From the NCBI RefSeq assembly GCF_002803295.2, contig NZ_PGGB02000015.1, positions 60 through 32,059 on the forward strand: a stretch of 32,000 nt of DNA, written 5' to 3'. Every line of letters starts with the position of its first letter. Position 1 is the first letter of the stretch. Below, piece after piece: positions 15,410 to 24,671 of this stretch. Source of the stretch: Caedibacter taeniospiralis. GTDB lineage: Bacteria; Pseudomonadota; Gammaproteobacteria; Francisellales; Francisellaceae. The position numbers and the translations under genes were made by a program. Below the pieces are notes generated by a model. That model did not search any database. It was not told the origin of the DNA and saw nothing but the letters and a program-made list of their open reading frames with translations.

Positions 15410-18028
15410 ATGAAAAAAATGCTGATCAACGCCCGCCAGACCGAAGAAACGCGTATTGCTATTGTCGACAATGTTCAATTGATGGATTTAGACATCGAGA
15501 GCGTCGATAGAGAACAAAAAAAAGCTAATATCTATAAGGCCAGGATTTCTCGCATTGAGCCAAGCTTAAATGCCATCTTTATTAACTATGGTGAGGACAA
15601 GAATGGATTTTTACCCTTCAAAGAGATCTCTCCTGAGTATTTTAAGAAAGCCACTAAAGAACAAAATCCGCCACTAAACGAATTACTGGAGGTTGGTCAA
15701 GAGCTTATTGTGCAAATTGCTAAAGAAGAGCGTGGTAGCAAGGGTGCAGCATTAACCACCTTCATCACCCTGGCAGGCTGCTATATGGTTTTAATGCCAA
15801 ACAACGCGAGTGCTGGCGGTATTTCACGTCGCATTGAGGGCGATGAGCGTCAAAAACTTAAAACCTTATTTGACTCATTAACCATTCCTGCAAACATGGG
15901 AGTGATTATCCGTACCGCAGGCGTTGATCGCCAAGCTGATGAAATTCAGGCCGATTTAGATACGCTGGTCAACCTGTGGGATGCAATCAAACGCGTTTCA
16001 TACCAGCGCAAAGCACCTTTTTTGATCCACAAAGAAAGTGACATCACGATTCGCGCCATCCGTGATCACTTAAAAGACGACATTAAAGAAATTATTATTG
16101 ATGACGAGGAGGCTTATGAAGACTTAAAGCGCCAGCTTACCATGCTGCGCCCGCAATTTGTTGAACGTTTACAGCTTTACAAAAAAGAACTTCCTCTTTT
16201 CAACGCATTTCAAATTGAAAAGCAAATTGAAAGTGCCTTTAAACGCGAAGTTCATCTTCCCTCTGGTGGTTCTATTGTGATTGACACCACCGAAGCCTTA
16301 ACAGCAATAGATATCAACTCTGCACGCTCGACCAAAGGGGATAACATCGAGGAAACTGCATTAGCGACAAATTTAGAAGCCGCTGAAGAAATCGCAAGGC
16401 AGCTGCGCCTGCGCGATTTAGGCGGCTTAATCGTTGTTGACTTCATCGATATGGCATTTTTCCCTAATCAAAAGGCAGTTGAGCAGAAGCTGGTTGATGC
16501 CCTGTTTAGTGATCGCGCGCGCATCCAGATGACACGCATTTCTAAATTTGGTCTGGTTGAGATTTCGCGTCAGCGTTTGCAAGCCTCATTGGGAGAGTCC
16601 GTCATGCACGCGTGCCCTCGCTGCGAAGGACACGGGTTTATTCGCTCAATCCCTTCACTTGCCTTATCCATCTTGCGCAACGTACATGCTGAGGCAATTC
16701 GAGAGAAAACTAATGAATTACGTGTTCAGCTCCCTATTGATGTCGCCACATTCCTGTTGAATGAAAAACGCGATGAGTTGTCACAGATTGAAGAAGGCAC
16801 CAGCACTAAAGTAACCCTTATTCCCAATGCTAATTTGCAATCACCGCACTACAGTGTACAACGTATTTGGGGAGACGCTTACACCGCCAGTCGCCCAAGT
16901 TATGATTTAATAGAAGACAATAAAAATATTGAGTTATATAAAGCCCCTAGACAGGATAAAGCCAAGCAACCCGCGCTTAAATCAGTCAATTACAACCAAG
17001 TGCAAAACACCGCCGAGCAAAAATCCGAACAATCACCCGTCATAAAGCCAACAGTCACACAGGCACCCAAAGCAAAGCAAGAACCAGCTGAAAAAGGTTT
17101 CTGGGCGAAGCTCAGTGCATTTTTCTTTACTGAACAATCAGACACTGAAAAGCAAAAAGACAATTCAACCGATAAGCAAGCTCCAAAAGCGGTAAGTCAA
17201 AAATCTGAGCTCAACCAAAAAACCCAAACTCGCGATGGTAATCGTGGTAATAGTCGCGATAATAATCGCGGCAATAAGGCGCAATATGACAAGCGTCGCC
17301 AGAATCAGCAAGCTGGCGAGCGTGATGAGAGTCGTGCCAATCGTGAGGACAACCGCGATAATAAGGAAACGAATCAAGGCAATGACAACAACCGTAATGA
17401 TCGTGGTGAACGTAGGGATCGGGGGGATCGTGACAAAGGAAATAGAGGTAACAATCGCAACAACCAACGCCTACAGGTTCATCAAAGCGAAGAAGTTGTT
17501 GACATTACCATGCTGAAAAAAGAAGCTCCTGAGGTCATTAAGGCAGCAAAAGAAAAGTCTCTGATGAAGACGATTTCAACCATGCCAGAAGAAAAAATCT
17601 CTGTGATGGTGCGTGAAGTGCTTGCTGAAGTGAATACCTTAAGCAGTGACCACGCCACACAGGTGGAGACGCATGCTCAACGCACACGCAAAGTAAAATA
17701 TCTTAACTTTGAGGTGGTAGATACTCAAAAGTTAAGTGCTGAAATGGTCGAACAGGAGAAAGCCAAGAAAGTAGCCCTGGCTGAAGTAAAAGAGGCAAAA
17801 AATGAGGTTATGATTTCTGAAGATCTTGACATTATTGTTGATGTAGAAACACCATATGAAAATCGGGGTGTAGTTGAGGAAGATGCTCAGGAAACACATG
17901 AAGTTGCCAATGGTCAGCCCCAACAATCTAAAAAGCCTCGCCCACGTAAAAACCCCCGCACACCAACACACATGGAGTACTCAGCAGCCGTTGATGTAGG
18001 CTCTCAAGGCTTTATTACCAAGGCATAA
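15410..18028 (+). CDS. rne: Ribonuclease E
   Basis: 872 aa. MKKMLINARQTEETRIAIVD matches E. coli MKRMLINATQQEELRVALVD. The catalytic N-terminal half is conserved (S1, DNase I-like and zinc-link CPRCEGHG regions). The C-terminal half is a low-complexity scaffold with an Arg/Asn/Asp/Gly-rich tract at about 17190-17470. Confidence 0.95.
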   Translation: MKKMLINARQTEETRIAIVDNVQLMDLDIESVDREQKKANIYKARISRIEPSLNAIFINYGEDKNGFLPFKEISPEYFKKATKEQNPPLNELLEVGQELIVQIAKEERGSKGAALTTFITLAGCYMVLMPNNASAGGISRRIEGDERQKLKTLFDSLTIPANMGVIIRTAGVDRQADEIQADLDTLVNLWDAIKRVSYQRKAPFLIHKESDITIRAIRDHLKDDIKEIIIDDEEAYEDLKRQLTMLRPQFVERLQLYKKELPLFNAFQIEKQIESAFKREVHLPSGGSIVIDTTEALTAIDINSARSTKGDNIEETALATNLEAAEEIARQLRLRDLGGLIVVDFIDMAFFPNQKAVEQKLVDALFSDRARIQMTRISKFGLVEISRQRLQASLGESVMHACPRCEGHGFIRSIPSLALSILRNVHAEAIREKTNELRVQLPIDVATFLLNEKRDELSQIEEGTSTKVTLIPNANLQSPHYSVQRIWGDAYTASRPSYDLIEDNKNIELYKAPRQDKAKQPALKSVNYNQVQNTAEQKSEQSPVIKPTVTQAPKAKQEPAEKGFWAKLSAFFFTEQSDTEKQKDNSTDKQAPKAVSQKSELNQKTQTRDGNRGNSRDNNRGNKAQYDKRRQNQQAGERDESRANREDNRDNKETNQGNDNNRNDRGERRDRGDRDKGNRGNNRNNQRLQVHQSEEVVDITMLKKEAPEVIKAAKEKSLMKTISTMPEEKISVMVREVLAEVNTLSSDHATQVETHAQRTRKVKYLNFEVVDTQKLSAEMVEQEKAKKVALAEVKEAKNEVMISEDLDIIVDVETPYENRGVVEEDAQETHEVANGQPQQSKKPRPRKNPRTPTHMEYSAAVDVGSQGFITKA

Positions 18029-18054
18029 GTCAGGATTTTATAAACTTACTAAGC

Positions 18055-18148
18055 GTAGGGTGGATAAGCCGAAGGCGCATCCACGCGGAAAAGCAAACAG
18101 GTTGAGTATTGGTGGAGGCGCCTTCGGCTTATCTACCCTACTACTACC
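18055..18148. repeat. REPIN-like inverted doublet of REP-like elements
   Basis: 18055-18084 GTAGGGTGGATAAGCCGAAGGCGCATCCAC and 18111-18141 GGTGGAGGCGCCTTCGGCTTATCTACCCTAC (followed by TACTACC, to 18148) are in inverted orientation with a 26-nt spacer. Located in the rne / Sel1-gene intergenic region. Confidence 0.7.
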
Positions 18149-18219
18149 CGTCAGAGCAAATAGATATCTTAATTAAACTTGAGATTCTTAACCTCACAAA
18201 CCTAAAAAAGGGGATAATT

Positions 18220-18792
18220 ATGATCAGTATCAAACCTAAAACCATGCTCAGTATCAGCCTGTTCTTCTCAGGCTTAGGTTTCCAAATAGCTCATGCCTGT
18301 ATCTCTAAAGAATACAATGATGCTTATGCTCTTTTTAAGCACAGCGAATACACCAAATCAGTGCCTGCCTTTACCAAGTTATACCACAATGGCTGTCCCA
18401 CTTCACCTTACTTTCTAGGCACTTATTATACTTATGGGATTGCAGTGGAAGAAAACTATGACACAGCCATTAAGTATTTTGATCAGTTTTTAGATAAAAA
18501 GAACTTGGCGCAACCGCGAGATTATCGCGCTAATGCGTATCGTGCCCTAGCATTGATTTATCAATCAAAAAACCAGACACAAAAAGCACATGACTACCTG
18601 GTGGATTCAGCCAAATTAGGTAACACTGAGGCGATGTTTTTATTAGGACGCTCCTACATCAATGAAGGGCTACCCTATCACACGACAACCAACTTAAAAG
18701 AAGCTTACGTGTGGCTTAATAAAGCAGCGAATTATGGCAATGTTGAAGCAATGAAATTGATATATGAGCACTCGCTGCAAAAATATGCCTAA
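18220..18792 (+). CDS. Secreted Sel1-like repeat (SLR/TPR-like) protein
   Basis: Start moved to ATG 18220 (Shine-Dalgarno AAAAAGGGGA). The track's upstream extension reads through the REP element. Signal peptide MISIKPKTMLSISLFFSGLGFQIAHA. Sel1 repeat signatures: YLVDSAKLGNTEAMFLLGRSY...EAYVWLNKAANYGNVEAMKLI. Confidence 0.8.
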   Translation: MISIKPKTMLSISLFFSGLGFQIAHACISKEYNDAYALFKHSEYTKSVPAFTKLYHNGCPTSPYFLGTYYTYGIAVEENYDTAIKYFDQFLDKKNLAQPRDYRANAYRALALIYQSKNQTQKAHDYLVDSAKLGNTEAMFLLGRSYINEGLPYHTTTNLKEAYVWLNKAANYGNVEAMKLIYEHSLQKYA

Positions 18793-18847
18793 GCGCTATT
18801 ATTAAGCAGTTCACACTTTTTAAAATCATAAAAACAGGCGGCAATTC

Positions 18848-20257
18848 ATGTTTAAGAGTTTATCCGAACGTTTAGGCAGTTCTCTTGACAAGATTAAAGG
18901 TCAAGGTCGATTAACCGAAGACAATATCAAAAGCGCATTACGCGATGTGCGCATGGCGCTACTGGAGGCAGATGTTGCGCTGCCCGTTGTTAAGCAGTTT
19001 ATTCAGCGCATCCAGGAGGAAGCACTGGGGGAAAAAATCCGCACCAGTTTAACTCCTGGACAAACCTTTATTTCAATGGTGAAGCATGAGCTTGAGCACA
19101 CACTTGGTGAAAAAAATGAAACGCTGAACTTGAACGCTCAACCCCCAGTTGTTATTTTGATGGCAGGGTTACAGGGTTCAGGAAAAACAACCACAACGGC
19201 GAAACTTGCTAAATTTTTAAAGGAACGCCAAAACAAAAAAGTCATGGTGGTCAGTGTTGACGTCTATCGTCCTGCTGCGATTAAACAATTACAAACGCTG
19301 GCAGAATCTCTTAATATAAATTTTTGCCCATCCTCCAGCGATGAAAAGCCACTTGATATTGCCAAAAAGGCGATGCAGCAAGCCAAACAACAGGTTTGTG
19401 ATGTCCTTATTCTAGACACGGCAGGTCGTTTACATATCGATGATCAGATGATGGATGAGGTGAAGGCACTGCATGAAGCAGTTAAACCGACTGAAACCCT
19501 TTTTGTCGTTGACAGTATGACAGGACAAGACGCGGCAAATACGGCTAAAGCCTTTAATGATGCCTTACCATTGACGGGAGTAATACTCACAAAGGCAGAT
19601 GGCGACGCGCGAGGTGGCGCTGCATTGTCCATACGCGAAATCACAGGAAAACCCATTAAGTTTATCGGGATAGGTGAAAAGACAGATGCGGTTGAACCAT
19701 TTCATCCTGATCGAATTGCTTCACGCATTCTTGGCATGGGCGATGTGTTATCTCTTATTGAAGAAGTTGAACAAAAAGTTGACAAAGCTGAAGCAAAGGA
19801 GTTAGTCACCAAGCTGAAAAAAGGTAAGTCCTTTACCCTTGAAGACTTCAAGAACCAGCTGCAACAAATGAAAAAAATGGGCGGCATTGGCTCTATGCTG
19901 GATAAGCTGCCAGGGATGGGTAACATGGGTGCCAATATTCAGGGTAAGGTGAATGACAAAATGTTTGTGCAAATGGAAGCGATCATTAACTCAATGACGC
20001 CTCTTGAGCGCAGAAAGCCCGAGCTGATTAAATCATCACGTAAGCTGCGCATTGCTAAAGGTTCAGGAACACAAGTTCAGGATATTAACCGTTTGTTAAT
20101 GCAGTTTACCCAAATGCAGAAGATGATGAAAAAAATGAGTATGGGAGGAATTGGCAAAATGATGGGGACAATGCGCCACATGACACAAATGAAAAACGTG
20201 CAAGGCATGATTCCTCCTGGCAAAGGTGGCAAGTTTTTTAAGTCAAGACCGACTTAG
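18848..20257 (+). CDS. ffh: Signal recognition particle protein Ffh
   Basis: 469 aa. GLQGSGKTTT, DTAGR and TKADGDARGGAALS GTPase motifs, and a Met-rich M domain at the C-terminus. Confidence 0.97.
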   Translation: MFKSLSERLGSSLDKIKGQGRLTEDNIKSALRDVRMALLEADVALPVVKQFIQRIQEEALGEKIRTSLTPGQTFISMVKHELEHTLGEKNETLNLNAQPPVVILMAGLQGSGKTTTTAKLAKFLKERQNKKVMVVSVDVYRPAAIKQLQTLAESLNINFCPSSSDEKPLDIAKKAMQQAKQQVCDVLILDTAGRLHIDDQMMDEVKALHEAVKPTETLFVVDSMTGQDAANTAKAFNDALPLTGVILTKADGDARGGAALSIREITGKPIKFIGIGEKTDAVEPFHPDRIASRILGMGDVLSLIEEVEQKVDKAEAKELVTKLKKGKSFTLEDFKNQLQQMKKMGGIGSMLDKLPGMGNMGANIQGKVNDKMFVQMEAIINSMTPLERRKPELIKSSRKLRIAKGSGTQVQDINRLLMQFTQMQKMMKKMSMGGIGKMMGTMRHMTQMKNVQGMIPPGKGGKFFKSRPT

Positions 20258-20275
20258 TTTAATTTGTTGAGTACT

Positions 20276-20310
20276 GGTGGATGCGCCTTCAGCTTATCCA
20301 CCCTACTACT
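20276..20310 (+). repeat. REP-like imperfect palindrome with CTAC tail (best-preserved single copy)
   Basis: GGTGGATGCGCCTTCAGCTTATCCACCCTACTACT, between the convergent ffh and PLP-enzyme genes. The upstream GTTGAGTACTGG (20266-20277) matches GTTGAGTATTGG at 18101-18112. Confidence 0.7.
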
Positions 20311-20331
20311 GAAACTCTGGGTAAATAGTTC

Positions 20332-21492
20332 CTAAGCCCGAAGTTCGCGGGTATCTGTCACAAGTCGGTTATATTCATCGATGAATTCCTGAAATATTGC
20401 AAGCGTGTCTACTGACACCTCGCAGCCAATAGATAACCTTAACAACCAGGGGGAAACCTGTAATTGAATTTGTTGCAGTTTCTTAACTTCTTTATGTGAC
20501 ATCGTAGCAGGGTGGCTTAGAGAGCTGTGAACCGCACCAAAGCTCAGTGTTTTAGGAAAATAGTATTTGAGTTTGTTAGATAGCAGCATAAACTGCGACT
20601 CATTACGACACTCAACTGCTAACAACAGACCTGAAACAACACTGTTCTTTTTTAGCCAGTGTGCATGTTTTTGGCTTAAATCACCCGCGTAGTAAATTGC
20701 TGCAAACAGGTTACTTTTTTTCAAAAGCGCATATACCTGTGCGGTATTCTCAGCGATTCGCTCCAAACGTAAATGCACCGTTTTTAAACTTCTGGACAAT
20801 AGCCATGACTGGAATGGATCAAGTGCGAAGCCCGTTTGACGAATAATTCTGGCAATCTGATCCTTATAAAGACTATTGCTTGCAATGACGCCTGAAGTTA
20901 CATCGGCATGCCCCACCAAATACTTTGTCGAGGACTGCAGGGCAATGTCAGCACCCTGCTTTAACGGCATAAAGGCATAGGATGACATCAGTGAATTATC
21001 AACGACTAAACAAATATTGTGTGCCTTAGTGATGCGAGCAAGTTCAGCGATAGGAGTGATTTTCTGTAGAGGATTTGACACTGTCTCACACAATACCATT
21101 TTGGTCTTTGCTGTGATTTGTTGCATTAAATTAGCAGGGTTTTGTAAGTCGATCTGCTTAAGAACAATACCACGGGTTTCTGTCATCTCCTCCAGGATAA
21201 ATGACAAACCTGCATAAAAATCTCCCCCAACGATTAACTCATCGCCCCGGTTAAGCAGTGACAAAATAACATTCAATGCCGACAAGCCACTACTTACAGC
21301 AAATGCAGCATCTGCCTCATCTAAGATCGCAAGCTGTGCCTCTAAGTATCGCCGTGTTGGATTCTGCACGCGCGAATACTCAAAGTCATTTGGCAGATTT
21401 TGGTCAAAGGTACTGACCTGGTAAATGGGCATGCTCATCGCATGATAGGCGTCGTTATTTTCAAGATGAAGTAAGCGCGTTATTCTATTCAT
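20332..21492 (-). CDS. Cys/Met-metabolism PLP-dependent enzyme (cystathionine beta-lyase / gamma-synthase family)
   Basis: 386 aa. YSRVQNPTR, a PLP-lysine context SSTKYLVGHADVTSG, and a C-terminal ...LRLSIG.E motif. The exact specificity (MetC versus MetB-like) cannot be resolved by eye. Confidence 0.8.
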   Translation of the reverse strand: MNRITRLLHLENNDAYHAMSMPIYQVSTFDQNLPNDFEYSRVQNPTRRYLEAQLAILDEADAAFAVSSGLSALNVILSLLNRGDELIVGGDFYAGLSFILEEMTETRGIVLKQIDLQNPANLMQQITAKTKMVLCETVSNPLQKITPIAELARITKAHNICLVVDNSLMSSYAFMPLKQGADIALQSSTKYLVGHADVTSGVIASNSLYKDQIARIIRQTGFALDPFQSWLLSRSLKTVHLRLERIAENTAQVYALLKKSNLFAAIYYAGDLSQKHAHWLKKNSVVSGLLLAVECRNESQFMLLSNKLKYYFPKTLSFGAVHSSLSHPATMSHKEVKKLQQIQLQVSPWLLRLSIGCEVSVDTLAIFQEFIDEYNRLVTDTRELRA

Positions 21493-21527
21493 ATTTTCAC
21501 AATTTTCTGTCTGTTCATAGCAAATAT

Positions 21528-23630
21528 TTATTCGATAAGACTGAGGCTTACACGCTGTCGCTCAACATCAACACCAATCACTTTAATATGTGGTAGTTGC
21601 TGATTAAGACTGATCACTTCATTTGGATGATTTATCCGTTTACTACTTAGTTGTGAAATATGAATCATTCCATCATTTTTTAACCCAATATCAACAAATA
21701 CCCCAAAGTCGGTAATATTGCGTACAACACCAGAAACAACTGCACCAACCTCAAGCGCTTTTATATCCAGCACATCGGCACTAAATAGGATTGCGGGCAA
21801 TTCATCTCTGGGGTCAAAACCTGGTTTTTGCAGCTCTTTAATAATGTCGCGCAAGCTTGCCTCGCCAATATGATACTGCTTTGAAAAACTGGCAATATTG
21901 AGCTGCTGTAATTCTGACGCTGTTTTTTTTAATAACTCTCCTGCAACAGGGTAATGATCAGGGTGCACCCCCGTATTATCTAAGACATCACAAGCATCAG
22001 GAATACGCATAAAGCCTGAACACTGCTCAAAAGCTTTTTCCCCGAGACCTTTAACCTTTTTGATCTCAGTAATACGCTTAAACGCCCCATGTACCTGGCG
22101 ATAATTCACTATCTCTTTTGCTAAACGAGGGCTTAAACCTGCAACATATGACAACAGTTTATCCGACGCGGTGTTGAGATTCACGCCCACATTATTCACC
22201 ACAGTCTCAGTGACATCATGCAGCTTCTGTGTCAGCTTCTTTTGATCCACATCATGCTGATATTGTCCCACTCCCAAAGCCTTAGGGTCAATTTTAACCA
22301 GTGCGGCCATAGGATTCTGCAATCTTTGTGCAATCGATATAGCCCCTCTGATCGTCACATCTAGATCAGGATATTCTTCGTGTGCAAGCTTGGAGGCAGA
22401 ATAAACTGAAGCACCTGCCTCAGATACAACGGTATAACACAACTTATGCACTTCCTCTTCATTGTATTTGGCAAAAAAATCCTGAAGCTCACGCGAGGCC
22501 GTTCCATTGCCAATAGCAACCGTATCAATCTGGTATTTCTCAACCAGTGATTTGACGATCTTTTTCGCCTCTGAAACTTTGTTATGAGGCGCAGCAGGAT
22601 AGATTACACCTTGCGCTAAATACATGCCTTTAGCATCAATAACCGCAAGTTTGGCACCTGTTTTAAACCCTGGATCCACGCCTAAAATCGCATTTGCCTT
22701 GACAGGTGGGCTCATAAGCAACTGGCTTAGGTTCTCAGCAAAGACGCAAATGGCTGAGCTTTCAGCCTTTTCTTTTAATTGATTGATTAACTCACGTTCA
22801 ATCGCAGGATACAGCAGCCTCTTATAGCCATCATAATAAGCTTCTAGTAGTAACTTGACGACAGTTCCTGCATTTCTTGGCAACTTATAACGCTCTATGG
22901 TTTCTTTGTAATGTTCATGATCAATCTCAACCTTCAGACTAAGCTCTTTTTCTGCCACTCCCCTGAAAATTGCCAAAAGCCGATGTGCAGGAACTTTATT
23001 GATATTCGCTTGATATTGATCAAACTGAGTAAAATTACCTTGCGCATTACAGCTTTTTGTCGCCTTAACATGTAACACCCCAAAACGTGAAGCCTGATCG
23101 CGCACAAACATACGCTCTTTTGGGCTATCTGCATATATCTCTGCGGCAATATCCATCGCCCCCTGTACGGCTTCTTCGATAGTTTTCGTCTCGCCTTTAA
23201 CAAACGATTTTGCCCGTGCATAAAACACATCTTCACTGTCATAAGCTTTGATGAGTATATCCGCAAGTCCCTGCAATCCCTTCTCAATAGCTGCTTGCGC
23301 ACGCGTATTGCGCTTTTGTTTATAAGGCTGGTAGATATCTTCAAGCTCATTCAGGGTTTGGACTGAGGCTAGTGCTTGCTTTAATTTATCGTCATATAAG
23401 TTGCGTTCAATCAAGGTACGCGCGATTTCATCTTTGCGCAGCTCAAGTTTTTGCAGATATTGGTAATGCTCATGAAAATCCCTAAGCTCTGCATCGCTTG
23501 CGCCGTTAGTCATTTCTTTACGATAACGCGCAATAAAAGGAATAGTTGCTCCCCCTTCTAATAAGGAAACAATATTTTCAACGGACTTGATGGATAAGCC
23601 ACTTTTTGTAGCAAGGCATTGTAAGTTCAT
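21528..23630 (-). CDS. tex: Tex-like transcription accessory protein (YqgF/HhH/S1 domains)
   Basis: 700 aa. N-terminal ...GATIPFIARYRKEMT, a YqgF-like region (ILGVDPGFKTGAKLAVID), and a C-terminal S1 domain (GAVVSGVVRNITDFGVFVDIG...GMIHISQL). Confidence 0.9.
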   Translation of the reverse strand: MNLQCLATKSGLSIKSVENIVSLLEGGATIPFIARYRKEMTNGASDAELRDFHEHYQYLQKLELRKDEIARTLIERNLYDDKLKQALASVQTLNELEDIYQPYKQKRNTRAQAAIEKGLQGLADILIKAYDSEDVFYARAKSFVKGETKTIEEAVQGAMDIAAEIYADSPKERMFVRDQASRFGVLHVKATKSCNAQGNFTQFDQYQANINKVPAHRLLAIFRGVAEKELSLKVEIDHEHYKETIERYKLPRNAGTVVKLLLEAYYDGYKRLLYPAIERELINQLKEKAESSAICVFAENLSQLLMSPPVKANAILGVDPGFKTGAKLAVIDAKGMYLAQGVIYPAAPHNKVSEAKKIVKSLVEKYQIDTVAIGNGTASRELQDFFAKYNEEEVHKLCYTVVSEAGASVYSASKLAHEEYPDLDVTIRGAISIAQRLQNPMAALVKIDPKALGVGQYQHDVDQKKLTQKLHDVTETVVNNVGVNLNTASDKLLSYVAGLSPRLAKEIVNYRQVHGAFKRITEIKKVKGLGEKAFEQCSGFMRIPDACDVLDNTGVHPDHYPVAGELLKKTASELQQLNIASFSKQYHIGEASLRDIIKELQKPGFDPRDELPAILFSADVLDIKALEVGAVVSGVVRNITDFGVFVDIGLKNDGMIHISQLSSKRINHPNEVISLNQQLPHIKVIGVDVERQRVSLSLIE

Positions 23631-23674
23631 GAAGCTTTAAGAGGTTTCAATTGTGGCTGCTATCTTCAGTGATT

Positions 23675-24670
23675 TTATTGGTAATGTCCACTATTATCCG
23701 CCTGGATCCACGCTGCCACATCTAATGCACTATAAGTCAGAATAAGCTTGGCGCCTGCGCGCTTGATTGCTGTTAATGACTCTAGCAACACCGCTTTTTC
23801 ATCAAGCCAGCCTTTTTCCGCTGCCGCCTTAATCATGGCATACTCACCGCTAACGTGATATGCCGCTACAGGTAAATGGGTATTTCGCCTGACATCTTGA
23901 ATGATGTCCAAGTAGCTCAATGCAGGCTTCACCATCAAAAAATCCGCTCCTTCATCCTCATCCATTTGTGCTTCTTTTAGTGCCTCACTTTTATTGCGAT
24001 AATCCATCTGATAAGATTTTCTATCCCCCTTAGGTGTTGAGTCACAGGCACTTCTAAAAGGACCATAAAAACCTGAAGCATATTTCACGGCATAAGACAT
24101 AATTGCTACTTCACTATAATCATTTTGATCAAGCGCATAACGCATTGCCTGAATCATGCCATCCATCATGCCACTAGGCGCCACAATATCTGCTCCCGCT
24201 TTAGCATGTGACACTGCTGTTTTTTGCAAGATATCTAAAGTCTGGTCATTACTGATTTCTTCGTTATGCACAATGCCACAATGACCGTCTGTGGTGTATG
24301 CGCACAAACACACGTCAGTTGCAATAAGTAAGCCTGGATACAAGCTTTTAATTTCGCAAATTGCCTGCTGTACAATGCCATTATCCGCGTAATTTTCAGA
24401 TGCGTATTTATCTTTAATGGCAGGAAGTCCAAACAGCATAATTGATAAAACACCCGATTTTTTAATCTCTTCAATCAACTCTGGCAACCGATCCAAAGAC
24501 CAATGATATTGATTTGGCATCCCGTTGATTTCGCGTTTGATATCATATCCATGAACCACAAAGACAGGATACATGAAATCGCTCACATGTAATCGCACCT
24601 CAGCAACCTGCTCTCTTAAGCTCGCATTACGACGCAGTCTTCTGGGGCGTGTTACAGGGAAAAAGCCCAT
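23675..24670 (-). CDS. hemB: Porphobilinogen synthase (delta-aminolevulinic acid dehydratase), Zn-type
   Basis: Start moved to ATG 24670 (MGFFPVTRPRRLRRN...), one nt after the yhbY stop. Cys-rich zinc site DVCLCAYTTDGHCG. Active-site lysine context FLMVKPALSYLDII. Confidence 0.94.
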   Translation of the reverse strand: MGFFPVTRPRRLRRNASLREQVAEVRLHVSDFMYPVFVVHGYDIKREINGMPNQYHWSLDRLPELIEEIKKSGVLSIMLFGLPAIKDKYASENYADNGIVQQAICEIKSLYPGLLIATDVCLCAYTTDGHCGIVHNEEISNDQTLDILQKTAVSHAKAGADIVAPSGMMDGMIQAMRYALDQNDYSEVAIMSYAVKYASGFYGPFRSACDSTPKGDRKSYQMDYRNKSEALKEAQMDEDEGADFLMVKPALSYLDIIQDVRRNTHLPVAAYHVSGEYAMIKAAAEKGWLDEKAVLLESLTAIKRAGAKLILTYSALDVAAWIQADNSGHYQ

Positions 24671-24671
24671 C

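Noticed and set aside
15253-15510. 85-aa ORF with a hydrophobic N-terminus overlapping the rne start in another frame
   Set aside because: It has no ribosome-binding site, lies within the rne leader and overlaps the first 100 nt of rne. The AT-rich microrepeat explains the I/T-rich start.
17165-17516. ORFs of 100 aa (minus) and 93 aa (plus) inside rne, rich in I/T/V/A
   Set aside because: They are alternative-frame and antisense readings of the low-complexity Arg/Asn/Asp tract of RNase E. Their composition is the mirror image of that repeat, and they have no independent start context.
18109-18219. N-terminal 37-codon extension of the Sel1-repeat ORF (MVEAPSAYLPYYYPSE...)
   Set aside because: It translates the REP element (..CCCTACTACTACC gives PYYY). 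A proper ATG with a Shine-Dalgarno at 18220 precedes a clean signal peptide.
23591-23600. TGGATAAGCC inside tex matching the REP core
   Set aside because: It is only a 10-nt match within a coding region, with no palindromic partner or CTAC tail. Chance.
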